From the NCBI GenBank assembly GCA_026417515.1, contig JAOADC010000001.1:4779-68778 (forward strand): DNA of 64,000 nucleotides, given 5' to 3'. Made by a program: the position numbers and the translations under genes. The notes below the pieces were generated by a model. That model did no database searches and was not told the DNA's origin. It saw only the letters and a program-made list of their open reading frames with translations. The DNA comes from Actinomycetota bacterium (GTDB taxonomy: Bacteria; Actinomycetota; Aquicultoria; SKW223). Below, in pieces: positions 36,220-45,224 of the stretch. Position 1 is the stretch's first letter. Each line of letters begins with the position of its first letter.

Positions 36220-36985
36220 ACTTATCTTCTTTTTTTAGATATTCTTCAATAACCTTAAGTGATTCAATCGCTTCTTCATCCATTCTATAGTACAGAGACG
36301 AATAGTACTTTTTAAGATATTCATCAGGTAGTTCTAACTTTTTTTTCGCAAGTTCTATTATTGAATCCAAGTGATTTTCAGCATATATTAAGGTTTCTTC
36401 CAGATCTCTCAGATATTCGCTTAATTCATCATAACGAGCGGTTGGCACATCTTTTCTCGTGGTTAAAACAGCAAAGACTGCTGGCAAACCTGTAAATTCT
36501 CTCCAAAGTGTACCCACATCATAGATATAGGAAAATTCTTTATTAAAATTAGCAATCAGCGCCTCATCCCCAATAAGAACTTGAATATCTGCTTCCTGTC
36601 TGTTCGATTTTTCTATTTCAAAACCAAGATAATCTTTAAGAACTATCCTGCTCAAAAAAATTGAAGTCTCAGAAGCTGGAGTCTCATAGATTTTCAATTT
36701 TTTCTTCTTAGAATTAATCAGGTCAAATTTTGAACCTATAATAACGCTCATTGCTTCCCTTTTACTGGCTATGCAAAATGGGCCGGCGATTTCCAAACGG
36801 TCCTTGTTTCTCAAATAGAATACAGATGAAAAAAATCCAATATCGACGCATCCATTTAGTAACTCTCTATTCAATACAGAAGGAACTCCAAGGACCTTTT
36901 TACTCCTATATTCTGGTTTTACCAGTTCAACATCAACAGGAATGACATTTATATAGTTTATATGTCCTATGATTATGCTATCCAA
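36209..36985 (-). CDS. mqnA: Chorismate dehydratase MqnA (futalosine pathway)
   Basis: IGHINYINVIP N-terminal motif typical of MqnA, periplasmic-binding-protein-like fold, 258 aa. Confidence 0.7.
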   Translation of the reverse strand: MDSIIIGHINYINVIPVDVELVKPEYRSKKVLGVPSVLNRELLNGCVDIGFFSSVFYLRNKDRLEIAGPFCIASKREAMSVIIGSKFDLINSKKKKLKIYETPASETSIFLSRIVLKDYLGFEIEKSNRQEADIQVLIGDEALIANFNKEFSYIYDVGTLWREFTGLPAVFAVLTTRKDVPTARYDELSEYLRDLEETLIYAENHLDSIIELAKKKLELPDEYLKKYYSSLYYRMDEEAIESLKVIEEYLKKEDKYEI

Positions 36986-38018
36986 CCTTTAACACCGCTC
37001 TAAAATGGCTATCTCTTTCAACTGGAACAAACCCAGCGTCCTGGATCAATTTTTTCATCTCCTGTTCAGTCATACCAGGCTTTACCTGAGCCCCTGCTGA
37101 ACGAATAATTCTTTCTCTATAGATTGTTCCATCAAGATCATCTGCACCAAAAGAAAGAGCAACTTGAGCAACTTCAGGTGAAAGTGAAACCCAGTAGGCC
37201 TTTATGTGTTCTATGTTATCGAGAAACAATCTTGAGAATGCAATAATTTTCAAATCGTACTGAGCGCCTCTTTCTTCTACTTTTAATGGAGTGTTATCAG
37301 AAACAAATCTCAATGGTATGAATGCTGAAAATCCACCTGTTTCATCTTGAAGACTTCTTAATGCTTCAAGATGCTCGACCACCTCTTCAGCATTTTCGTA
37401 ATGCCCGTAAAGCATTGTGGCATTTGATTTGATGCCTCTACTATGAATAATCCTGTGAACTTTCAAATAGACTTCCTTCGGAGCCTTGGAAGTTCCAAGG
37501 AGTCTACGAACTCTTTTACTAAATATTTCAGCTCCCCCACCTGGAAATATCTCAACTCCAGCATTGATGAGAGCATCGACAACAGCTTCATGCGTTAAGT
37601 TCTCAATCTTTGATAAGAAATCTATTTCTATAGCGGTCAGCCCTTTGACAACTAAATTCGGATAAGTGTTCTTTATTGTTGAAATGAGTTCAGTGTAATA
37701 CTTTAGCCCAAGTTCAGGATTTAAAGCATTAACCAAATGAACTTCTCGAATTCCTTCTTTAACGCCTTTCTCAACCTGCTCAATAGCTTCACTTATCTTT
37801 AACGAATAGGCATCCTTATCATTAGATTTCTTCTTAAAGGAACAAAATCTGCAGTTATTAACACATATGTTAGTAACATTTAAATGCATATTCTTGATAA
37901 AAGTTGTCTTGTTTCCATGTAGAGATCTTCGAACTTGGTCTGCCTGAACGCCAAGTTCAGTTACAGATGCATATTTAAATAATTCAACTGCCTTTTTTGA
38001 ATCGATTCTTTCTATCAT
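36978..38018 (-). CDS. Radical SAM menaquinone-biosynthesis enzyme, MqnC/MqnE family (paralog 2)
   Basis: CVNNCRFCSF CxxxCxxC motif, 346 aa, lies between mqnD and mqnA. Confidence 0.7.
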   Translation of the reverse strand: MIERIDSKKAVELFKYASVTELGVQADQVRRSLHGNKTTFIKNMHLNVTNICVNNCRFCSFKKKSNDKDAYSLKISEAIEQVEKGVKEGIREVHLVNALNPELGLKYYTELISTIKNTYPNLVVKGLTAIEIDFLSKIENLTHEAVVDALINAGVEIFPGGGAEIFSKRVRRLLGTSKAPKEVYLKVHRIIHSRGIKSNATMLYGHYENAEEVVEHLEALRSLQDETGGFSAFIPLRFVSDNTPLKVEERGAQYDLKIIAFSRLFLDNIEHIKAYWVSLSPEVAQVALSFGADDLDGTIYRERIIRSAGAQVKPGMTEQEMKKLIQDAGFVPVERDSHFRAVLKVG

Positions 38019-38043
38019 AAAGATTGCTCTCGCTTCTTGATAT

Positions 38044-38871
38044 TTAAACGTCTATCCAATCTATCTCTATTTTCTTGTCTAAAATACCCTTTTCATAACC
38101 AAGGTCAAGAAGAGTTTGAGCAGCTTTCATTCCATCGCTACCCAGATGTATAGTTCTTTCATTTACGTACATCCTTACAAACTTTCTTGCTTCTTCCCTG
38201 TTAAGACCCCGACCAAAACTCAGTGCGTAATCAAGTGCTTCATCTTCATGTGATATAGAATACTCAATACTCATTTTAATTAATCTAGCTATATCTACCT
38301 TCTCTTCAATATCCCTTCTAACAACATTACCACCTAATGGAAGAGGTAATCCTGTTGTTTCCTTCCACCATTGACCAAGATCAACGAGCAATTCCAGACC
38401 TTCTCTCTCATATGTTAGTTGACCTTCGTGAATGATTAAACCAGCATCTACTTTTCCAGATTTAACTGCATCAGTTATCTCGTCAAAATTCATAAAAACC
38501 TCGTTAATTTGATTCTCATAGATTAGTAGGGCAAGCCTTGCGGTCGTTAGTCTTCCTGGAATTGCAACAGTCTTTCCCTTCAAGGTGTCAATTTTTTTCT
38601 TCGAAACAACGATTGGGCCATAATTTTCGCCAATACTTCCCCCACAAGTCATTAATGCGTATTTATCTGCTACATAAGGATAAGCATGATACGAAATCGC
38701 ACTTACCTCATAAACACCATCAAGTGCCTTTTGATTAAGCGTTTCTATGTCTGACAGTACATGCTCAAACCTAAATCTTTCATCTGTTATGACATCGTTT
38801 GCAAGCGCATAAAACATAAATGCATCATCTGCGTCTGGGCTGTGTGCAATTCTAATTAGTTTCTTTTCCAA
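38044..38871 (-). CDS. mqnD: 1,4-dihydroxy-6-naphthoate synthase MqnD
   Basis: IAHSPDADDAFMFYAL N-terminal signature, 275 aa. Confidence 0.7.
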   Translation of the reverse strand: MEKKLIRIAHSPDADDAFMFYALANDVITDERFRFEHVLSDIETLNQKALDGVYEVSAISYHAYPYVADKYALMTCGGSIGENYGPIVVSKKKIDTLKGKTVAIPGRLTTARLALLIYENQINEVFMNFDEITDAVKSGKVDAGLIIHEGQLTYEREGLELLVDLGQWWKETTGLPLPLGGNVVRRDIEEKVDIARLIKMSIEYSISHEDEALDYALSFGRGLNREEARKFVRMYVNERTIHLGSDGMKAAQTLLDLGYEKGILDKKIEIDWIDV

Positions 38872-38872
38872 A

Positions 38873-39484
38873 TTAACTTACCTCCTTAAAAATATTTTTT
38901 AGTAGGAAAGATTTTAATTTTTCTCTGTTCTCGCTGATTAAATCAAGGTTCTTTCTTGCCAATGCGGTAACAATCAAATGATATACACTTCCCAAGATTA
39001 AAGTAGAGACAATTTCAGGTTCAAGATTATACTCTGCTTCTCCGTTTTCTTTGGCTTTTTTAAGGTTTTCAGTAATCAAATTTTCTAAACTCTCAAGTAT
39101 CTTTTCGCGCTCAGAAATAAAAACAGGGTTTGAAGTGCACGCTTCAATAAGAAGAAATCGTGCAAGGGCAGCATACTTTGTGAAAGCATCGATCACTTCA
39201 TCAAAAATTATTTCAATTTTTTCTTTGTAGGATTTAGATTCTTTGCTTCTTTTTTCCACTCTTTTAATCAAACGTTCACCGTATTCGTTTATGAGAGAAA
39301 CGAAAAGGTCTCTTTTTGAAGGGAAATAAAAGTATAATCCGCCTTTTGAAATTTGACTTTTTTCGGCTATCTCATCTATAGAAGCAAGATAGAATCCTTT
39401 TTCAGCAAACACTTTTAAGGCTGCTTCCATTATCTTCTGTCTTTTATCAGACTTCCTTTTCATCTTTACCGACCAGTCAGTCAA
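38873..39484 (-). CDS. TetR/AcrR-family transcriptional regulator
   Basis: N-terminal HTH (IMEAALKVFAEKGFYLASIDEIAEKSQISKGGLYFYFPSKRDLF), 203 aa. Confidence 0.8.
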   Translation of the reverse strand: MTDWSVKMKRKSDKRQKIMEAALKVFAEKGFYLASIDEIAEKSQISKGGLYFYFPSKRDLFVSLINEYGERLIKRVEKRSKESKSYKEKIEIIFDEVIDAFTKYAALARFLLIEACTSNPVFISEREKILESLENLITENLKKAKENGEAEYNLEPEIVSTLILGSVYHLIVTALARKNLDLISENREKLKSFLLKNIFKEVS

Positions 39485-39572
39485 ATATTACATCCTAAAA
39501 CCCCTATCTTCAATTAAAGAATTTTCATTTTTCGACGAATACTATAAAAAAGTTCCAGCGGAGAAAGGAAAA

Positions 39573-40550
39573 ATGAGCAGAGGTGAAGAAAATCAAAACC
39601 TTCTTGGTCTTTCTGATGTTTTTTCAGCGTTTGATAAATTCCAACAAATTTTAGAGAGCCTTTATTCTTCTCTGAACCTTGAGGAAATAGATAAGAAAGC
39701 CAAGAATCTACTATCATATCATTTAAACACTAGAGACTATATACTTTTAGTGTTTGATCCGTCTTCAAAAAACTTTGTCTTTGCCTGTCATGATGGTTTT
39801 TCACGCGAAATCGCTGAAGATATCGTTCGCGAAGTTATTAAATCAAAAAATACCTTCCTGAGCAGCACTGAAAGAATATTTAAGTTGGATATTGAAGATG
39901 TAGATTTATCCTCGCTTACCCTTTCTACAAAGGGGAAGTTTCTTGGTGTGCTGGTTTCTAAAACTGAATTGATTGAAAACATAGAGAATCAAGATTACGA
40001 GCTTCTTAATCTGATCGCATTGAGCATCCTCTATGCATATAACAATTCTCGACTTTATGAGTTAACTAGAAGATTAGCAGTGTGGGACAATAAGACTAAT
40101 CTATATAACTATCGCTACTTTCTGTCGCGTCTTTCAAACGAAATATCGAGAGCCAAACGCTATGGCAGAAAACTTTCTTTAATAGCGATAGATCTGGATA
40201 GATTTAAATTAATTAACCAGCAACTCGGTCATCTTACAGCAGATAAGATTTTGAAAGATATAGCGAAAATAATTAAAGAATCAATTCGTTCTGTAGATAT
40301 ACCATCACGCTTTGGTGGGGACGAATTCTTTATATTGCTTCCTGAAACCAGTTTAGAAGGTGCCAGAGTGGTCGGGGAAAGGCTAAAATCCATAGTTGAA
40401 TCGAGGCTATTTCCTTTAAATGGAAAAAAGGATCGTATTAGAATAAATTTAACCTTTGGTGTTTCAGAATATGAAAATGGAATGTCTGCCAAGGAGTTTT
40501 TAGAGATTGCTGACAAAGAACTGATGAAAGCAAAATCTGAAAGGAGATAG
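39573..40550 (+). CDS. GAF-GGDEF diguanylate cyclase with intact A-site and I-site
   Basis: N-terminal GAF-like region of ~160 aa; GGDEF domain with RSVD-x5-GGDEF (RxxD I-site plus GGDEF active site). Confidence 0.8.
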   Translation: MSRGEENQNLLGLSDVFSAFDKFQQILESLYSSLNLEEIDKKAKNLLSYHLNTRDYILLVFDPSSKNFVFACHDGFSREIAEDIVREVIKSKNTFLSSTERIFKLDIEDVDLSSLTLSTKGKFLGVLVSKTELIENIENQDYELLNLIALSILYAYNNSRLYELTRRLAVWDNKTNLYNYRYFLSRLSNEISRAKRYGRKLSLIAIDLDRFKLINQQLGHLTADKILKDIAKIIKESIRSVDIPSRFGGDEFFILLPETSLEGARVVGERLKSIVESRLFPLNGKKDRIRINLTFGVSEYENGMSAKEFLEIADKELMKAKSERR

Positions 40551-40555
40551 TTTTT

Positions 40556-41152
40556 ATGGCTATACGAGTTGTTGTCGCTCATCCAGAGGTACTTTACAAG
40601 CAAGCACTCTCCAATGCACTTTCTTTGTTTAATGAAATAGTTGTTGTCAATCAGGCAAGGTTTTACGAGGAATTGCTTTCAATCATCAGAAATGAATCTC
40701 CCGATTTTGTAGTTGCTGCGTTTGAAATATTTGTTACTGAACAAAGAATTGTTGAAGCAGCAGAAGCGTTTCCTTATGTGAATTTCATCTTGCTTACCAA
40801 AAGAAGCGAAGACACGCTTAAATGCTTGAAGGAAAATGTGCAGAGTTTTCTAACCTTTGGATACCTGGTTGACCTTTATAGAATGATGCTTCTTACTGTT
40901 GAAAATAAGAAATTTGCTCAACCTGCAGTAATAAAAAATGTACTCTCCAGCCTGAGGAAACTTGAAGAAAGCGGTGTCACAACTGAAACACTTCTTTTAG
41001 ACCTTGATCAGAAGAAACTCTCGATTCTTGTCGACATTATACTTGGTAAGAGTTTTGATGAAATTTGTTATAACCAGAAACTGAAGTCTGATGAATTGAA
41101 CAACGAGATTGAAAAGATTCTTGAAACAATGAAGAATCTGATTAGACCCTGA
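40556..41152 (+). CDS. Pseudo-receiver (NarL/FixJ-like fold without the phospho-acceptor Asp) with a degenerate LuxR-type HTH
   Basis: IRVVVAHPEV in place of the acidic DD pocket and DFVVAAFEI in place of the phospho-acceptor D. A GYLVD-like a4-b5 region is present. C-terminal LSILVDIILGKSFDEICYNQKLKSDELNNEI is LuxR-HTH-like. Confidence 0.4.
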   Translation: MAIRVVVAHPEVLYKQALSNALSLFNEIVVVNQARFYEELLSIIRNESPDFVVAAFEIFVTEQRIVEAAEAFPYVNFILLTKRSEDTLKCLKENVQSFLTFGYLVDLYRMMLLTVENKKFAQPAVIKNVLSSLRKLEESGVTTETLLLDLDQKKLSILVDIILGKSFDEICYNQKLKSDELNNEIEKILETMKNLIRP

Positions 41153-42512
41153 AAGCTGCAGGCAGACAAACGGTAACTTTAGTGCCCTTTCCAAATTCTG
41201 ATTCGATCTCAACTTTGCCGTTCATAGATTCTACAAGCTTCTTAACTATTGAAAGTCCTAGGCCACTGCCGCCAGTGCGCCTCGAACGTGAACTTTCCGC
41301 TCGGTAAAATCTATCAAAAACAAACGGTATTTCCTCTTTCTTTATGCCAACACCTGTATCTACGATTTCAAAACAACCTTGCTTTTCCTTTAATGAGGTT
41401 CGAACTACTATCTTTGCTCCAGGTTTGGAATAAGATACTGAGTTTATGAAAATATTTTCAAAAATTCTTTGCAAATAATTTTTATCTGCGAAAACCTGAA
41501 CAGGATCGGTATCAACTTGAACATCTATTCCTTTGCTCTCTGCAAGAGGTCTATAAATCTCAACCATATCTTTTATGAATCCATCAAGAGGTACCGTCTC
41601 TAAATTTGGCTTAAGTTGCATTGAATCCAGCATCTGTATGGTTTTTAGTTCTTCAAGAAGTTTTGACAAACGGTCGATCTCTTCCATAAGTTTATCAAGA
41701 TGCTTTGGTGTTGCTTGTATAAGTCCATCCTTTATGCCTTCTAAGTTTGCTTTCAATACGCTCAACGGTGTCTTAAATTCGTGGGCAATATCAGATGCCA
41801 ACTCCATTCGTCTCTCTTCTATTTTTTTTAACTTTTCAGCCAGCAGATTGAGCGTTTCCTGAAGGGTTCCAATTTCAGAATTCTCAGTCTTTATCACACG
41901 GGCATTATAGTCACCGTCAGAAATTCTTCTTGCTACTTCAGCTGCTTCTACAATGGGTTTGGCTATCATTTTAGAAACGAGGTAAAAAGCTAAAATACTT
42001 AATGCTACTGCTAATATGCCTATGGCAAGAAGAGAGGAAAACATACTCTGTTGAAACCTTGCTAAGGCACCAATTATTGAAGTTTCACGATTTACAACGA
42101 CACCTATAAACCCAGCAAGACGATTATTGAGGTAGAATGGAACAGTCACCGTCCTTGCATTTCTCATTCCCATTGGACCGTAGCACCAGGGAATTTCAGC
42201 TGTGCTTTTTTCAATTCCACTCGTAACAATTGGAGCACCCCTCTGGTCGTAAACGATAATTTCGGCACCATGTTCCATTGAAAGTTCCTTAATCTTCTTT
42301 GAGATATCACCGATTGTTGCATCGGAAGAAAGGTCTTTTTCGAGTTCAGATGCAACAGATTCAGCGATATTTAGAGGGGATTGCCTGAGGTAAGAATTTA
42401 AGTTTGTTTTAAACATATAGGCAGTTATAAGCAAGGAGAATGTAAAAATAGCCAGAACTGCAGCCAAAAAGTACGCTGTTAATTTAAAGGCAATTTTTTG
42501 ATAAATCTTCAT
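41142..42512 (-). CDS. Sensor histidine kinase (two TM helices, HAMP, HisKA, HATPase_c)
   Basis: H-box IAHEFKTPLS; N, G1 and G2 boxes (GTGVGI..., GGSGLGLSIV); 456 aa. Confidence 0.85.
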   Translation of the reverse strand: MKIYQKIAFKLTAYFLAAVLAIFTFSLLITAYMFKTNLNSYLRQSPLNIAESVASELEKDLSSDATIGDISKKIKELSMEHGAEIIVYDQRGAPIVTSGIEKSTAEIPWCYGPMGMRNARTVTVPFYLNNRLAGFIGVVVNRETSIIGALARFQQSMFSSLLAIGILAVALSILAFYLVSKMIAKPIVEAAEVARRISDGDYNARVIKTENSEIGTLQETLNLLAEKLKKIEERRMELASDIAHEFKTPLSVLKANLEGIKDGLIQATPKHLDKLMEEIDRLSKLLEELKTIQMLDSMQLKPNLETVPLDGFIKDMVEIYRPLAESKGIDVQVDTDPVQVFADKNYLQRIFENIFINSVSYSKPGAKIVVRTSLKEKQGCFEIVDTGVGIKKEEIPFVFDRFYRAESSRSRRTGGSGLGLSIVKKLVESMNGKVEIESEFGKGTKVTVCLPAAFRV

Positions 42513-43207
42513 TAGAAGGAGAGGCTCCTCTTAAATGAATAGCCGAATCCCCTAACTGTTTCTATGAAGTCAGGAGCGCCAACTTCAGATAACTTTCTTC
42601 GCATATTTTTAATATGAGCATCAATAACTCGGTCATCTACAACATACTCGCTTGATATAACTTCTATAAGTTCAGACCTTGTAAACACCCTTTTTGGATT
42701 CTCGGCAAGTTTTAAGGCAATTTTTACTTCACTGGCTGTAAATGGCAATGCTCTATCCTTGTAGAAAACACTTTTTGCTTCTTTATCAAATAAGAAATCG
42801 CCATGACGAATAATAAGGGAATCTTCTTCAGAAGAATCACGATACCTCCTTAGTACTGCTTTTAGTCTAGCCACAAGTTCTCTAGGAGAAAAAGGTTTTA
42901 CGATGTAATCGTCAGCACCAAGTTCAAGTCCGAGAAGTTTATCGACCTCATCTCCAAGAGCAGTAAGCATAAGAACTGGTATTTTGCTTTTAGATCTTAT
43001 TTGCTTGAGCAGTTCTATACCGTTCTTCTCTGGCAACATAATGTCTAGGATGATGGCAACGTATTTGTCCAGATCTTTTGCAATAATCTCTTCAGCTTCA
43101 TTACCTGTGTAGGCTGAAACCATCTCAAAACCTTCATTTTTAAGGTAGGCTGAGACAACTTCATGAAGATTTATTTCATCCTCTACAAATAGAACTTTGC
43201 CAGACAT
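42512..43207 (-). CDS. OmpR-family response regulator
   Basis: Receiver domain (VLFVEDE...ILDIMLP...) plus winged-helix trans_reg_C domain; 231 aa; 1-nt overlap with the kinase. Confidence 0.9.
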   Translation of the reverse strand: MSGKVLFVEDEINLHEVVSAYLKNEGFEMVSAYTGNEAEEIIAKDLDKYVAIILDIMLPEKNGIELLKQIRSKSKIPVLMLTALGDEVDKLLGLELGADDYIVKPFSPRELVARLKAVLRRYRDSSEEDSLIIRHGDFLFDKEAKSVFYKDRALPFTASEVKIALKLAENPKRVFTRSELIEVISSEYVVDDRVIDAHIKNMRRKLSEVGAPDFIETVRGFGYSFKRSLSF

Positions 43208-43223
43208 ATGAGATTATCCTTTC

Positions 43224-43255
43224 GCCCGTCTGAAAAAATATAATTTCAGACGGGC
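43224..43255. promoter_or_regulatory. Perfect 12-bp inverted repeat / stem-loop (GCCCGTCTGAAA-N8-TTTCAGACGGGC) 17 nt upstream of the response-regulator start codon
   Basis: Read directly from the sequence. The arms are exact reverse complements and the loop is AAATATAA. There is no U-tract on the minus-strand transcript side, so it is not a canonical intrinsic terminator. Confidence 0.5.
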
Positions 43256-43270
43256 ATTTACTAAATTTTA

Positions 43271-43870
43271 CTAAATCCCGGTGTTATTTTGGTTGCCGTT
43301 TAAACATCTACCACAACCACCGCCACCACATAATCCCCGACCACGTCCATTTGAATAAGGAGGCCTGCCTGAAGTTGTTGCTCTTTGAAGCAGCCTCTCC
43401 TTTTTAAGAGTAAGGATTTTCTCAGCCTCGTCAGAAGTCAACTGGTTATTCTTAACCAGTTCTTGAAGATATTTTCTGTCAGGTTCAAGCACTTTATTTA
43501 CAACTTCTTCCAGTCTAAGTCCTTTGGAACTTGCAATTTCCTCGATTGACTTTCCTTCTTTAAGCAATGTTTGAAACTGCTGAACACTCAGTCCGAGCGC
43601 TTTAGACCAAGATTCAAATCTTGAACCTCTGTTAAAGCAAGCACCGTATTTTGGTCCTAAACCACAACAACCTGATGGCAATGTGTTGTTTCTTGAATTT
43701 GAAACGGCTGCCTCTCCTTGATTGAATGAAGGTTTGTTGGCTGCAAAAGTAATGGCAGAAACTGCAATCAATGTGAGCAGTAGTCCAGCAATGATCACGA
43801 GAAAAAATCTACCTGTATTTGCAGTTGGTCTATTCTTTTCAATGTTCAAGATTAACACTCCTTTCGTCAA
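43271..43870 (-). CDS. Membrane-anchored Cys/Gly-rich protein with an LTxxQ/E-like helical domain (possible periplasmic metal/stress accessory protein)
   Basis: Single TM (FFLVIIAGLLLTLIAVSAITFA). Extracytoplasmic CCGLGPKYGACF and C-terminal GRGRGLCGGGGCGRC clusters. The central helical region contains LTSDEAEKIL, which is CpxP/ZraP LTxxQ-like. Located directly upstream of the RR-HK pair. Confidence 0.4.
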   Translation of the reverse strand: MTKGVLILNIEKNRPTANTGRFFLVIIAGLLLTLIAVSAITFAANKPSFNQGEAAVSNSRNNTLPSGCCGLGPKYGACFNRGSRFESWSKALGLSVQQFQTLLKEGKSIEEIASSKGLRLEEVVNKVLEPDRKYLQELVKNNQLTSDEAEKILTLKKERLLQRATTSGRPPYSNGRGRGLCGGGGCGRCLNGNQNNTGI

Positions 43871-44013
43871 AGTTTAGTATAGAATACAGTTACATATTGA
43901 AATTTAAATAATGGGTGTATGAATTTTTTATGAAATTCTAAAAAGTTCAATTGACCTTTTTGAGTTAGAATAAAAATTTGGCAATAATCGAATCTCTGGA
44001 AGGAGATGAAAGA

Positions 44014-45126
44014 ATGAAAATAGGAATACCTAAAGAAATAAAAACAAACGAAGAAAGAGTATCTCTAACACCAGGTGCTGTTCAAAGACTCACATCTGAA
44101 GGTCACGAAGTTTTTGTAGAAAAATCTGCTGGTCTAGGAGCAGGTTATACTGATGAAGAATATGCTGCCCAGGGCGCCAAAATTGTTAATTCACACGAAG
44201 AAATCTTTGAGATTTCAGAAATGATAGTAAAGGTGAAAGAACCGCTCGAATCTGAGTATCATCTGTTAAGAGAAGGCCAGATACTCTTTACCTATCTTCA
44301 TCTGGCAGCATCAAGAGAGTTAACTGAAGCAATTTTAAAAACTGGAGTTATTGGTATTGCTTATGAAACTGTACAAACACCTGATGGGGATCTTCCATTG
44401 CTTGCTCCAATGAGTGAAATCGCTGGTAGGATGGCACCAATGGTTGCCAATCAATACTTAATGAAACCACATGGTAAAAGAGGTGTTCTAATCTGTGGTG
44501 TACCTGGGGTTCCTGAAGCACAGGTAACTATCATAGGATTAGGCCATGTGGGTCTCAATGCAGCAAGAATTGCTCTTGGTTTGGGTGCAAGAGTCACAGC
44601 AATTGATAAGAATCCTGCAAAACTCAGATACGCACAGGACCTATTTAGAGGTGCCAATCTTACAACAATGTCTTCAGATCCACAGAATTTAAAACAGGCA
44701 CTTAAATACTCTGATATAGTTATTCTTTCAGTTCTAACACCTGGAGCAAAAGCCCCCATAGTGATTACAAGAGATATGTTAAAACTAATGAAGCCTGGCT
44801 CCGTGATTGTTGACGTAAGCATCGATCAAGGTGGAGCAGCTGAAACATCTAAACCAACTACTCACATTGACCCAGTTTATGAAGTCGATGGCATTATCCA
44901 CTACTGCGTTGCTAATATGCCAGGTGCTGTTCCAAGAACTTCCACAAGGGCTTTAACTATGGTTACCATCGATTATGTGAGCGAACTAGCTGCAAAAGGT
45001 TGGAAAAGAGCAGTTCTTGAAAACCAGGCACTTGCTAGAGGAGTAAATGTTGCATATGGATATGTTACACATCCAGCAGTTGCCCAAACCTTTAACATGG
45101 AGTACACGCCATTAAATAGAATTTGA
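44014..45126 (+). CDS. ald: Alanine dehydrogenase (start moved to the internal ATG preceded by GGAAGGAG)
   Basis: MKIGIPKEIKTNEERVSLTP N-terminus typical of Ald; NAD-binding IIGLGHVGLNAA; about 370 aa. Confidence 0.9.
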   Translation: MKIGIPKEIKTNEERVSLTPGAVQRLTSEGHEVFVEKSAGLGAGYTDEEYAAQGAKIVNSHEEIFEISEMIVKVKEPLESEYHLLREGQILFTYLHLAASRELTEAILKTGVIGIAYETVQTPDGDLPLLAPMSEIAGRMAPMVANQYLMKPHGKRGVLICGVPGVPEAQVTIIGLGHVGLNAARIALGLGARVTAIDKNPAKLRYAQDLFRGANLTTMSSDPQNLKQALKYSDIVILSVLTPGAKAPIVITRDMLKLMKPGSVIVDVSIDQGGAAETSKPTTHIDPVYEVDGIIHYCVANMPGAVPRTSTRALTMVTIDYVSELAAKGWKRAVLENQALARGVNVAYGYVTHPAVAQTFNMEYTPLNRI

Positions 45127-45224
45127 TGTCTCTGTAGTTTCATTAGAAATTCATAGTTTCTACATTTTTTTAGCATATTATTTCTTTTGTTTTACAGATA
45201 AATAAACGGGGTGTTGATTTTTCA

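Noticed and set aside
43978-44013. 12-codon N-terminal extension on alanine dehydrogenase (MAIIESLEGDER-)
   Set aside because: The internal ATG at 44014 is preceded by GGAAGGAG and yields the canonical MKIGIPKEIK N-terminus. The upstream ATG was treated as spurious.
45146-45180. Possible intrinsic terminator after ald (TAGAAA-TTCATAG-TTTCTA followed by a T-run)
   Set aside because: The stem is only 6 bp and entirely AT. Weak at best, so not reported as a feature.
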